Virus record (IMG/VR): IMGVR_UViG_3300032180_000385
Coordinates: 108,988 to 128,987 of that record
Direction: 5' to 3' (one strand)
From: an uncultured virus (IMG/VR IMGVR_UViG_3300032180_000385)
Lineage: Duplodnaviria; Heunggongvirae; Uroviricota; Caudoviricetes
Length of the DNA: 20,000 bases
The notes beneath the pieces were generated by a model. That model was given only the letters and a program-made list of their open reading frames with translations, was not told where the DNA came from and did no database searches. Both the position numbers and the translations under genes were made by a program. Shown here in pieces: positions 1 to 8,002 of the stretch; within the stretch, counting starts at the first letter, position 1, and every line of letters starts with the position of its first letter.

Positions 1-52
1 GCGTGTCAAGGTGCTCGACGTATGCGTGATAAGCGATCACCCTAGCCTCTTC

Positions 53-919
53 TCACCGCGGTGCCAGGTAAGGGACACTGTGGCCGAGGCCGATCCAGTG
101 CTGGGCTAGCAGCCCGAGCAAGATAAGGATTGTGCAGACGAAGATGAGCACGGTAATCAGCCATTTGCTCGCCTGATCACGTACCCGAACGGAAATGTCG
201 TGTTCCTTCATCTGCCACCAGCGCTCCCGCAGAACCGGCGGGCTGATCGGGGCGCGCGTCCACACAGGGGGATTGCTCCTGCTGCTGACCTTGAACCGGT
301 CAACGGACCGGTCGACGATAAAACCCTGAATGGTGGCCCCGACGGGTGCCCACAACCGGTGCAGTACCAGGCCAATCACGATGCCGAGAAGAATCACCTG
401 CCAGGAGGAATGCGAAATCCACGACGGTGCGGTTACCGTACCGAGTTTCAGCGCATGCCACGCATTCGGCAGACCAAAGTCGAGCAGCCAGACGCCGCCC
501 GCGGCCAATCCTACGGCGAGCGCCACAAGCAGCACGGGAGTCGCGATCAGCCGAAACCGGCCGCAGCGAATCCCCCACCACTTTGGCTTGGCAAGCAGCG
601 TCTTCACGAACATGGTGGCCATGGCGGGTTCGAGCAGATCCCGCTCACCGTGCCGGTAGAGAACCCAGCTCTTATACCGATTGAAGACGCCCATACCACT
701 GTCGAACCAGTGCTTCAGGTAGAAGATCTGGAAGTGCACGCTGGCGACGTGAACGTACCAGCGCACCTGGAAGACCCCGAAATAGATGCCTGCGATGAGC
801 GCGGAGCCGAGCGCCGCAGCCACGGCTCCCCAGATGACCGTCTGTACTAGCCGGAGCCGGACTGGCTTCCCGTTGACGAGAAGTTCCCCGGCTTGCGGTT
901 CGGCGGTAGCGGCGCTCAT
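53..919 (-). CDS. Multi-pass membrane protein, unknown function (~288 aa)
   Basis: Start moved to ATG 919 (MSAATAEP), which has an ATGA overlap with the stop of 916..1260; about four hydrophobic segments. Confidence 0.75.
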   Translation of the reverse strand: MSAATAEPQAGELLVNGKPVRLRLVQTVIWGAVAAALGSALIAGIYFGVFQVRWYVHVASVHFQIFYLKHWFDSGMGVFNRYKSWVLYRHGERDLLEPAMATMFVKTLLAKPKWWGIRCGRFRLIATPVLLVALAVGLAAGGVWLLDFGLPNAWHALKLGTVTAPSWISHSSWQVILLGIVIGLVLHRLWAPVGATIQGFIVDRSVDRFKVSSRSNPPVWTRAPISPPVLRERWWQMKEHDISVRVRDQASKWLITVLIFVCTILILLGLLAQHWIGLGHSVPYLAPR

Positions 920-1260
920 GCCCTGATGGCGATAGCCACGCACGCCTGCGCCCCCGTGTGCTTGAAGTACGTCGGCCCGCGGAGCGCTGCCGTTGCCAGG
1001 CACTTCCCTAGCGCGGTACGAGCCGGCGCAGGTACCTGCTTCTCGAGGCAGGGCTTCATGTCCGCAATATGAGCGGATCCGCTGACGCAGGCCTTCAGGA
1101 TCTTCGCTGCCGCCGCCTCATCGGTCTTCACCGCGGTAGACGTCGCAAGCGCCGACACACGCGCGCTCGTCTTACCGCTGGCCGACGAATGACACCCTGC
1201 CACTGCCGCAACCATCGCCAGCGCTACTGCCGACACTGCCGTGATCCCCCGTATGCTCAC
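916..1260 (-). CDS. Putative lipoprotein (114 aa)
   Basis: GTG start with AAGGGG RBS; hydrophobic signal ending in lipobox-like AVAGC, a Ser/Ala linker and four further Cys. Confidence 0.75.
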   Translation of the reverse strand: MSIRGITAVSAVALAMVAAVAGCHSSASGKTSARVSALATSTAVKTDEAAAAKILKACVSGSAHIADMKPCLEKQVPAPARTALGKCLATAALRGPTYFKHTGAQACVAIAIRA

Positions 1261-1316
1261 TGATTTTACCCCTTACGCCGCAGGGAACTCTTCCAGTACC
1301 TAGCCTATCCTACTGG

Positions 1317-1520
1317 CTACCTCTGTCGCAGCCGTGCGGCAACATTCTTGTTAAGAACGTAGCGCCTAGTGTGAACCCACTGGCAGGTACCGCACCAGAA
1401 TCCTCCCTCGTGCCCGCACGGACACTGGCACAGAGCAGCCGCCCGGCACTCCTGGCAGTCTGCTGGACCGCAGAACCGCCCGACCGAATTCCGGTGCCTG
1501 GGAGGGTAGTGCTCGAACAT
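1317..1520 (-). CDS. Small Cys-rich hypothetical protein
   Basis: CxxC, CxCxC and CxxC motifs; G-rich RBS; starts 6 nt after the previous stop. Competing frames exist. Confidence 0.5.
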   Translation of the reverse strand: MFEHYPPRHRNSVGRFCGPADCQECRAAALCQCPCGHEGGFWCGTCQWVHTRRYVLNKNVAARLRQR

Positions 1521-1526
1521 CCCCGC

Positions 1527-1772
1527 CTAACCTTCCATGCCAATACCTCGCTGCTGATGGTAGTCCCGCCATGCCGTCAAGGCCTCCGGTGTCGTCCACC
1601 GTGACCGCACCTCAATCGGAGCCTCAGACCGACAGCAGTTGCAAGTCACCTCAATCTGCCCGCTCCTGCTCCCGTAACGCCTGCTACTAGCATTCTGATA
1701 AAACCTGATCACAATCTGATGAGCAGCAGACAAATCCTCCGGCAGCGGCAGATAAGGAAGAACCCCCGGCAT
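1527..1772 (-). CDS. Hypothetical phage-type protein
   Basis: GGAGG RBS; TAATG overlap with the upstream stop. Confidence 0.7.
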   Translation of the reverse strand: MPGVLPYLPLPEDLSAAHQIVIRFYQNASSRRYGSRSGQIEVTCNCCRSEAPIEVRSRWTTPEALTAWRDYHQQRGIGMEG

Positions 1773-2014
1773 TAGCCTCCTGACCTCTTCCTGAGCGCAT
1801 CAATTTTTTCCAGAACATCCGCGTACGCGTCTGATCTGCCTCGCTTGTAGTCAACCTGCACCCCGGCGCATCCGTCATCGGCACGGGCCTTCATGTAGGT
1901 ATCACGCCAGCCTTCCGCCGAAGACCACAGCTCGCGCCGAAGGGCGACTACCGTGAACGGATCGACCCCGTATCTCCGGAACAGCCAGCCTCTCAGCCTG
2001 ATGATCACACTCAT
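1772..2014 (-). CDS. Hypothetical protein (MSVIIRLRG...)
   Basis: Start moved to ATG 2014, which has an ATGA overlap with the stop of 2011..2280; GGAGG upstream. Confidence 0.65.
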   Translation of the reverse strand: MSVIIRLRGWLFRRYGVDPFTVVALRRELWSSAEGWRDTYMKARADDGCAGVQVDYKRGRSDAYADVLEKIDALRKRSGG

Positions 2015-2280
2015 CCGAGCACCTCCGCCCGAAACGGATCGCCTGGATCCCACCCGCAATGCCGTGCCATCATCAGATCGTACCGTTCCTGGAACTTCTG
2101 GTTCCTCACATGTGCCTGCCGCGCGGGGCACCCGACCCCCTCACAATGCCACCAGCCTGCCGCCACGGCCTCCGTAGTCTGCGCTACAGCGATCAGCCTG
2201 TCCCGGGTCCTTGGTGAGATGTCCTGCGCAGCTTTCTCGACGATCCGCAGCAAGTCGGCCCTGCTGATAGTAAAGCTCAT
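2011..2280 (-). CDS. Hypothetical protein
   Basis: ATGA-coupled to both neighbours. Confidence 0.7.
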   Translation of the reverse strand: MSFTISRADLLRIVEKAAQDISPRTRDRLIAVAQTTEAVAAGWWHCEGVGCPARQAHVRNQKFQERYDLMMARHCGWDPGDPFRAEVLG

Positions 2281-2534
2281 GTCCCCGGCTGCCCTCTCCG
2301 CACGGTTCCGTCAGGCAGGATAACATCCGGAACGACGACGAGACGAGGCTGACCCAGCAGCCAAACTTTCTCCAGCGAGAAAATCTTCCGGATAAGAATA
2401 TCTCCCTGTGAATCGTCCCACTCATCAGCAGTAACAATATAGCTCGATCCCAGCGGGGGAGGCTCGGTATGCCATTCCTCGATATACCGAAAGCCTGATG
2501 CTTGCACCAAAACCCTGGAAACTACCTCACTCAT
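2277..2534 (-). CDS. Hypothetical protein
   Basis: ATGA-coupled to both neighbours. Confidence 0.7.
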   Translation of the reverse strand: MSEVVSRVLVQASGFRYIEEWHTEPPPLGSSYIVTADEWDDSQGDILIRKIFSLEKVWLLGQPRLVVVPDVILPDGTVRRGQPGT

Positions 2535-2827
2535 CCAAACGCCCCCGGGCTGGTCATCGCGTGCAACCGTCGGCCTACCTCACCGGCCACCGCCAGCTGG
2601 AACGCTGCCTGAGTACGCTCTAGTCCGAGATCGGCCGGAATCGGTACCCTCGTACTCTCCTGGCAGAAGACGACCTGACCATGCGTCGCGCCGCCCATCA
2701 CCCGTCCGACCACAGTCGCGGTCGCCCGATCCGCTGTTTCCCGGACCGCCGCGTCCCATGCCTGCCGGAAGTCATCGTGCTCCAGCGCGAACAGTGTCAC
2801 GTGGATAAGGTCGTTCGTCTCTTCCAT
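2531..2827 (-). CDS. Hypothetical protein
   Basis: GGGAG RBS; coupled to neighbours. Confidence 0.7.
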   Translation of the reverse strand: MEETNDLIHVTLFALEHDDFRQAWDAAVRETADRATATVVGRVMGGATHGQVVFCQESTRVPIPADLGLERTQAAFQLAVAGEVGRRLHAMTSPGAFG

Positions 2828-2829
2828 GC

Positions 2830-3084
2830 TTACTCCCGCCCTTCAGCGTAGCCTGGACCGCGAAGCTCCTGCTGTCCCTTCCAGCTCACTCTACGCTCCA
2901 GCTCGTCCTGCGCTGCCTGTTTCAGCAGCCCGGCCGCCTTCGCCAGCCGCTGCAAATCCTTACTGTCTTCTAGCCAGCGCATCTCAGCATAGACCTCACC
3001 CGGAATATCATTCAAAGCGTAGGCGAGTGCCCTGGCGGAAACCGCCGTTATCTGCGTTGCCGGATCTCTGCCTGAATCGTCCAT
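2830..3084 (-). CDS. Hypothetical helical protein (MDDSGRDP...)
   Basis: GAAAGGAAAG RBS before ATG 3084; starts downstream of the hairpin at 3108-3143. Confidence 0.65.
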   Translation of the reverse strand: MDDSGRDPATQITAVSARALAYALNDIPGEVYAEMRWLEDSKDLQRLAKAAGLLKQAAQDELERRVSWKGQQELRGPGYAEGRE

Positions 3085-3107
3085 AACAGCTTTCCTTTCC
3101 AGATGCC

Positions 3108-3143
3108 GGAACCCGGCCACGAGCTTTCGCGTGACCGGGTTCC
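3108..3143 (-). terminator. Putative intrinsic terminator (actinobacterial type, no long U tail)
   Basis: 14-bp stem GGAACCCGGUCACG/CGUGGCCGGGUUCC with one U-G pair on the minus strand, 15 nt after the stop of 3159..3698. Confidence 0.65.
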
Positions 3144-3158
3144 AGTGCTCTTCCGAAG

Positions 3159-3698
3159 TTACGCCGCAGGAAGCGTGAACGTACCCGTCACCGTGAAGGT
3201 GGTCAACGCGCTACCGGGAACCGGGTTGACGTTCTGCGAATTATCGCACCCGCGCCCGCCCGTTAGCCGCGGCATGGTAGCGGTGAAAACAACCCAGTAC
3301 GTCCCCTTCCCGGTGATCCCCTTGTACGCGCCCGTGCTGCCAGGCACTAGATGGAACGTCCCGGTCTCGGAAAACTTAATCGAGCAGGTTCGAGGATTGA
3401 AGATCGTTCCCGGGCTGCGGGTCTGCTTGTGGTAAACGCGGAGACCGCCCTTGCTGAGCTTCAGCGTGTCGGTACCGGCATTGCTATTGCCGCTGAGGGT
3501 GATGCTCCCGGTGTCGGCAAACAGGCCGCTGGCCTTCAACGGGATCGTCGGGGCGTTCGCCACACTCGTTGTCGTCCCAGTGATGACCTCCGTACCCGTT
3601 CGCGGCACTGGCGCCGTCGAACTGCTGCTCGACGAGCTGGAGCAGGCCGCCAGCCCGGCCGTAGCGAGAACAGCGATTACTGCGAGGATCTTTCTCAC
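3159..3698 (-). CDS. Lipoprotein, Thr/Gly-rich, probably beta-rich (179 aa)
   Basis: MRKILAVIAVLATAG-LAAC lipobox followed by a poly-Ser linker; GTGA overlap with the upstream stop. Confidence 0.85.
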   Translation of the reverse strand: MRKILAVIAVLATAGLAACSSSSSSSSTAPVPRTGTEVITGTTTSVANAPTIPLKASGLFADTGSITLSGNSNAGTDTLKLSKGGLRVYHKQTRSPGTIFNPRTCSIKFSETGTFHLVPGSTGAYKGITGKGTYWVVFTATMPRLTGGRGCDNSQNVNPVPGSALTTFTVTGTFTLPAA

Positions 3699-4933
3699 GT
3701 TGTCACCTTCCAGGTGAACGTTGCGGTGGCGTGCACCGTGGTAACCGCTTCGGTTCCGGTGACGTGGACGGTATAAGTAGCAATATGCGTGGGTGTGCCG
3801 GTGATCTTGCCTGTAGAACTGATGTGCAGTCCAGCCGGAAGTCCGCTGGCAGTAAAGCTAACCGATCGGTGGACAGTAACTGGCGAGGTGCAGGCGCTAC
3901 CGAAAGGCTCAGTGCAGTAGACGGTCGTCGCCGAAGCATGAATCTGCAGGCTAACCGCGTGATTAACACGAGTCGTCTGAGTACCTGGGCTCGGCACGAA
4001 CACCCCATCCGACAGGGCACACGCGCTGCCGACATTACTCCACTCAGGCTGCTCAACGTACTTGCTGCTGCCAATGCTCTGGGTGAAGACACCCGACCAT
4101 GCGCACTTGTCGCCATTCTCGAAACCGGCCGCATCCCACCATGCGCTCAGCTGCGGGTCGTTGACCGATTCCGCGAACTCGTGACCGCCGACAATCGACC
4201 AGCCCTGAAGCGCCGGAGACGGGCCGGACGGAAGGAAGTCCGCCCCGCAATTGCCGCCCTGATCAGGCATGTACGGCTCGTTGGTGTAGGACAACTCAAG
4301 TGAGCCATCACTAGCCCAGCTATGCCAGGCGCAGTAGGAAGAGCCGAAGCCGCCACCAGGATTAGTGCCGGACGGGCTGACCACGATAATCTGGGTGTTG
4401 GCGTTGATCAGCTGCCCATGTGCCTTGAAGTAGTTAGCGTAGGCGACGGCGACCGCAGCGAGCTGTGCCTGCGTCGCGCTGGCGGGCGGGTTACTGCAGT
4501 CCGCGACCGCACCGTAAAGAACCTTGCCGCTGAACTCCGAACGCTGACCCGGAACACCGTGATACTGAGTCATGGTGTTTGACAGCAGATCCGGACCAGT
4601 ACCCCGGGCATTGAAGAAGTTGATCAGGTAATTCTCGTCAGCCAGCCCGTGACCTTGCTGACCAACGCACGCGGAATGCCACCACTTACCCCAGAAGACG
4701 AGGTAGACGCGCGGGGTAGTCTGAACCGGCCCGCCGTGATAGGCGAGGTTGCCGCTGCCGAGCTTCCCGAGGGTAGCAAGCGACGCGGCACCGCCCTTCG
4801 TTGGAAGATAGTTGATCGGAGAAGTAGCCGTCGGTGGTGCACTGCGGCGCATGGCGCTAGCAGCCCCGGCGGGGATAGCCATCGTCATCGCTACGGCTGC
4901 GATTGAGATGAGAGCCAGGATGATCTTTTTCAC
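3695..4933 (-). CDS. Secreted protein with Phi-1/EXORDIUM-like domain and C-terminal putative Ig (He_PIG-like) domain
   Basis: Sec signal peptide; motifs YHGGPV..VYLVFWG, YCAWHS, HEFAESVNDP and ENGDKC; C-terminal SFTASGLPAGLHISSTGKITGTPT; AAGGA RBS before GTG. Confidence 0.8.
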   Translation of the reverse strand: MKKIILALISIAAVAMTMAIPAGAASAMRRSAPPTATSPINYLPTKGGAASLATLGKLGSGNLAYHGGPVQTTPRVYLVFWGKWWHSACVGQQGHGLADENYLINFFNARGTGPDLLSNTMTQYHGVPGQRSEFSGKVLYGAVADCSNPPASATQAQLAAVAVAYANYFKAHGQLINANTQIIVVSPSGTNPGGGFGSSYCAWHSWASDGSLELSYTNEPYMPDQGGNCGADFLPSGPSPALQGWSIVGGHEFAESVNDPQLSAWWDAAGFENGDKCAWSGVFTQSIGSSKYVEQPEWSNVGSACALSDGVFVPSPGTQTTRVNHAVSLQIHASATTVYCTEPFGSACTSPVTVHRSVSFTASGLPAGLHISSTGKITGTPTHIATYTVHVTGTEAVTTVHATATFTWKVTT

Positions 4934-4998
4934 TCTTGTCCTTTCGAGTACTTTCTGTCCCTAAGGGGACCACGTACCCCACCACGATACCCTACCTT

Positions 4999-5125
4999 GA
5001 CCGTCGCGGGTAGCGCCTCGCCCGACGACCGCATGAACACCGGGAAATTTCCTCGACAGTGACGCCGTTCCAGCGATTTTCCAGCCAGAACATCTCCCGG
5101 TGACGGCGGAGCGCACACGACGGCC
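4999..5125 (-). ncRNA. Candidate structured RNA or 5' leader
   Basis: Nested stems 5116-5125/4999-5008, 5105-5114/5013-5022 and 5092-5102/5038-5048, plus an inner hairpin. Most non-canonical pairs are G-U on the minus strand. Confidence 0.45.
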
Positions 5126-5170
5126 ACAGTAGCCAGCGGCGCAGCTCCCAGTTGTCAAGCAGGACGCCCT

Positions 5171-5404
5171 TCACCCGAAGTCTTCCCGCTCATCGGGCTC
5201 CAGAGCACACCCGCAAACGTAAGCAATCAACTGTTTGCTGACACCGACCTCCCGGGCCAGCCGGCCGAAGGTCCAGCGCTTCGGATCTTCCTGGCGAAGC
5301 TGGCGGATGATGATATCACGCAGGTAGCGGCGGCGGTGGGCCTGATCATCCAGGTCCGCTGCCGCCGCGTGGTGCTCCCTCGCCTGCGCTATCCGGACAT
5401 CCAC
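5171..5404 (-). CDS. Small helix-turn-helix DNA-binding protein
   Basis: WTFGRLAREVGVSKQLIAY is a typical HTH; starts 24 nt after the Ro60 stop. Confidence 0.75.
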   Translation of the reverse strand: MDVRIAQAREHHAAAADLDDQAHRRRYLRDIIIRQLRQEDPKRWTFGRLAREVGVSKQLIAYVCGCALEPDEREDFG

Positions 5405-5428
5405 GGCCGACTACCTGCCTGCACCTGT

Positions 5429-7030
5429 TCAGATATCTCCTCGCGCGTGATCTGCAAGCAGGGTCGGAATAGCTGAGTCAAAACCCGAGACATCGAGTTC
5501 TCGTCCATCCTCGGGACGAGCGATGCTGAACTCAGTCGGCGAGATCGCGATGACCTGAAGCCGGGCGTCGATGCCCATCTTCTGCCGGTACTCTTCCAGA
5601 GCCTGATGCGGGTGAATCGGACCGTACCAGGTCTCCCCATCCGTCCACACTCTGAAAACATCCGCTTGCACTCGGTGACGAGTCGCCCAGGTCATCGGCG
5701 CCGCGCAGTCAGTGGATCCGCCCCAGACGCTCATGATCTTGGCGATAACGGCGTCAAGGCGCATCCGCGGCGACAGGTCGATCGGAAGCAGTTCGGTGCT
5801 GAAGGTGAACATGCCGGAATACGGCTCGGTCTTCTGGGTGACCATGGCCATGGCAGCGACCGCCTCGACGGCGGTGAACGGGTACCCGGCAATCGCCCAG
5901 CCCATCGAGCCAGACGTGTCGGTGGCGTTGACGATCCGCTTTCCGGACGGCTCAACCGAACCGTAGGCCGCGTAGAATCCCGCATCGCAGGCGTCGGTGA
6001 TGACCGGAACCGGGGTCCAGGTGCCGCCCCTGCCGCGCATCGGACGGCCGGCCGCGTATGCCTTCAAGGTGAGCAGCATCTCAACAGGATGGATGCGAGC
6101 CTTCGCCAGTCCGGCCGAGTCGGCGATCCTGGTGGCGACGTCGCTGGTCAGGCTGTCCATCGGGGCGAGCACGCCGAGCCGGGTCAGCTTGGCCAGGTTG
6201 CGAGTCAGCGCGCCCAGCGGAACGTTGCCGTTCGCGATCAGCGCCCGCCATACGTCAGCGTTCCCCGTTGCCTCGGACGGCAGCATCTCGTGCGACAGGG
6301 AGCGACAGCCCTCGATGATCGAAACCCACTCGCTGACGTCCTGGGTGGCGTGCGCAGCTGCAGCAGCCTGGACAACCGGAATCCCGGCCAGCTCATCGCC
6401 GAGAACGCCCTTAGCGATGTAATTCCACAGAGCCTGCTGCCGCGTGTTGCCGTGGTGCTGGACGTGCGCGAGCCGGATCAGGTCACGCTGCGCCCACTTA
6501 TCCCGCTGCTTGTACTTGAGCACCTGGTAGGCGGCACCCTCAGTGCTCTGGCCGGTGTACCAGTTACGGACGCCCTTGATAAGCTGCGGACCCCAGCCGC
6601 GGAACATCTCCGCGTACAGCGCGTACTTCAGGATGTGACCGCCGGTGCGCGCGACCTGCGGCAGTGCCCACAGGGCATGAGCGCGAGCCTCAGTGCTGCC
6701 CAGGCCGGATGCCGCCGCGAGAGCGAAGAGCGCTGGGTCGTTGCACGGTGCCCGGCCCGCCTGGCTGATCGCTACCGCATCGTTGACGAGTCGCGGATCG
6801 GATGCCTTTGCGAGCTTGGTGACTACCCCGGCATTATCACGGGTGAGATCACGCTCGGTAACGTAGTACGTTCCGCCTTCGACCCCCAATGTCAAAAACC
6901 TGTTGAGCCGCGCGTAATCGTCGATGACGAAGACAAACCCGCCCGCGTTGTTCTTGACCTGGTCCTCACGGGCCGGCTCGGACTGCGGAGTGCGCCTCGG
7001 GGTGACATGACGCTCCAGCGCGCTGCTCAT
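5429..7030 (-). CDS. rsr: Ro60/Rsr RNA-binding protein (TROVE + vWA domains), 533 aa
   Basis: TROVE motifs QVKNNAGGFVF, RLNRFLTLGVEGGTYY, RGWG, KYKQR..W...DLIRLAH, ALTRNLAKLT and ARIHP; vWA MIDAS DTSGSM, GSTDCA and TDGETW. Start MSSALERH has an AGAAAGG RBS. Confidence 0.95.
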   Translation of the reverse strand: MSSALERHVTPRRTPQSEPAREDQVKNNAGGFVFVIDDYARLNRFLTLGVEGGTYYVTERDLTRDNAGVVTKLAKASDPRLVNDAVAISQAGRAPCNDPALFALAAASGLGSTEARAHALWALPQVARTGGHILKYALYAEMFRGWGPQLIKGVRNWYTGQSTEGAAYQVLKYKQRDKWAQRDLIRLAHVQHHGNTRQQALWNYIAKGVLGDELAGIPVVQAAAAAHATQDVSEWVSIIEGCRSLSHEMLPSEATGNADVWRALIANGNVPLGALTRNLAKLTRLGVLAPMDSLTSDVATRIADSAGLAKARIHPVEMLLTLKAYAAGRPMRGRGGTWTPVPVITDACDAGFYAAYGSVEPSGKRIVNATDTSGSMGWAIAGYPFTAVEAVAAMAMVTQKTEPYSGMFTFSTELLPIDLSPRMRLDAVIAKIMSVWGGSTDCAAPMTWATRHRVQADVFRVWTDGETWYGPIHPHQALEEYRQKMGIDARLQVIAISPTEFSIARPEDGRELDVSGFDSAIPTLLADHARGDI

Positions 7031-7062
7031 CAGAAAAATCCTTTCTCGTACTGCGATATAAA

Positions 7063-7149
7063 AGCAGAAGCCCTGCGGGCATAAGAACGGCTGACGGATT
7101 GCCATGGTTTGAGTGATAACCGTCTGCCTCCGGCTCGCAGGGTGCTGCT
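7063..7149 (-). ncRNA. Short Y RNA-like element 1 (Ro-binding stem only)
   Basis: CCCUGCGAGCCGGAGGCAGACGGUUAUC ... CCGUCAGCCGUUCUUAUGCCCGCAGGG; two stacked stems carrying the motifs shared by all six copies; directly upstream of rsr. Confidence 0.75.
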
Positions 7150-7445
7150 CAGAACTGCGTCTCGGTAAGAGCCTCAACGATGGTGATCTCCGGCGGGCCT
7201 TGCGCACCGACTTCCGCGATGAATGACTGCAGAGCAGGGTTGGCGAAGAACTGCTGGAACTGCTCCGCGGTCTCCCACTCGTCGACGACCACGACGATGC
7301 CGTCGCCGATGCCGAACTGGTGATGGAGCGCGCCCTGTGACTGGCTTGAATCGGTGATTTCCGTGAACACAGCGGCCCGATCGGTCAGGGCCTGACGGAA
7401 CACTGCGGTATCACCGGGGAACTTCATGATGACGAGTACGCTCAT
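7149..7445 (-). CDS. ABM-like (dimeric alpha+beta barrel) small protein, 98 aa
   Basis: Start MSVLVIMKF with GAAAGG RBS; VVVDEWETAEQFQQFF resembles ABM-fold proteins; lies inside the Y RNA array. Confidence 0.75.
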   Translation of the reverse strand: MSVLVIMKFPGDTAVFRQALTDRAAVFTEITDSSQSQGALHHQFGIGDGIVVVVDEWETAEQFQQFFANPALQSFIAEVGAQGPPEITIVEALTETQF

Positions 7446-7472
7446 CGGATAAATCCTTTCGTGGCTGACTAA

Positions 7473-7542
7473 AGCCCTGCGGGCGTAAGAACGACTGACG
7501 GGTTTCGTCCAAGATAACCGTCTGCCTCCGGCTCGCAGGGCC
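7473..7542 (-). ncRNA. Short Y RNA-like element 2
   Basis: Near-duplicate of element 1 (28 nt identical, 7115-7142 vs 7513-7540) with a different apical loop. Confidence 0.75.
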
Positions 7543-7560
7543 TCGGCATGCGTGCGGGTA

Positions 7561-7674
7561 CGGCGGGCGTAAAGCTTCTTCCGGGTGCTCGGCCAATTGA
7601 GCATGCAGACCAAACCTTTCGGATGGACTGCGGAGGAATCGAACCTTCGATAACCGGAGGATTCCGGCTCGCCG
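7561..7674 (-). ncRNA. yrlA: YrlA-like Y RNA (permuted tRNA mimic), element 3
   Basis: Ro stem, GGUUAUC, T arm GAAGG-UUCGAUU-CCUCC, long closed acceptor-like stem with GAAA loop, D arm GCUC-AAUUGGCC-GAGC, then 3' stem strand UACGCCCGCCG. Confidence 0.8.
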
Positions 7675-7694
7675 CGATGTAGTTGTGTGTAAGT

Positions 7695-7808
7695 GCGGCG
7701 GGCATATGTCGTATCCGGAAGTGGAGAAGCCGCACTCCCTAACCCTTGCAGGCCGGGGGATTCGAACCCCATATCCCATCAGATAACCGGACGCGTCCGG
7801 CTCGCCGC
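7695..7808 (-). ncRNA. yrlA: YrlA-like Y RNA, element 4 (D arm degenerate)
   Basis: GCGGCGAGCCGG..CCGGUUAUC, T arm GGGG-UUCGAAU-CCCC, 3' strand CCGGAUACG..UAUGCCCGCCGC. Confidence 0.75.
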
Positions 7809-7828
7809 GATGTAGTTGTGTGTTAATC

Positions 7829-7973
7829 AGCATAGCGGGCATAAAATCCGTCCCGGCATATATCATGCTGGTGCTCTATCCATTGAGCTACCCGATCTTA
7901 CAACCGGAGCGAGGATTCGAACCTCGCTACCCCCAGCTCCCGCGATAACCAGGTCGATCCGGCTCGCCATGCT
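7829..7973 (-). ncRNA. yrlA: YrlA-like Y RNA, element 5
   Basis: Complete permuted cloverleaf: anticodon-stem strands GCUGG/CCAGC, variable loop GGGUA, T arm GCGAGG-UUCGAAU-CCUCGC, closed acceptor stem, UA, D arm GCUC-AAUGGAUA-GAGC; terminal stem AGCAUGGCG/CGCUAUGCU. Confidence 0.85.
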
Positions 7974-8002
7974 AAGTCCGTGAACACTATGCGGTTGTCA
8001 GT

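Noticed and set aside
5126..5158. TTGACA...TACTGT promoter on the minus strand
   Set aside because: The spacer is 21 nt, too long for a standard sigma-70 type promoter; left unannotated.
5606..7084. 492-aa + strand ORF
   Set aside because: Antisense shadow of the Ro60 gene, typical of high-GC DNA, with no recognisable motifs.
7031..7207. 59-aa N-terminal extension of Ro60 in the ORF track
   Set aside because: It runs through Y element 1 and the upstream gene; a good RBS precedes ATG 7030.
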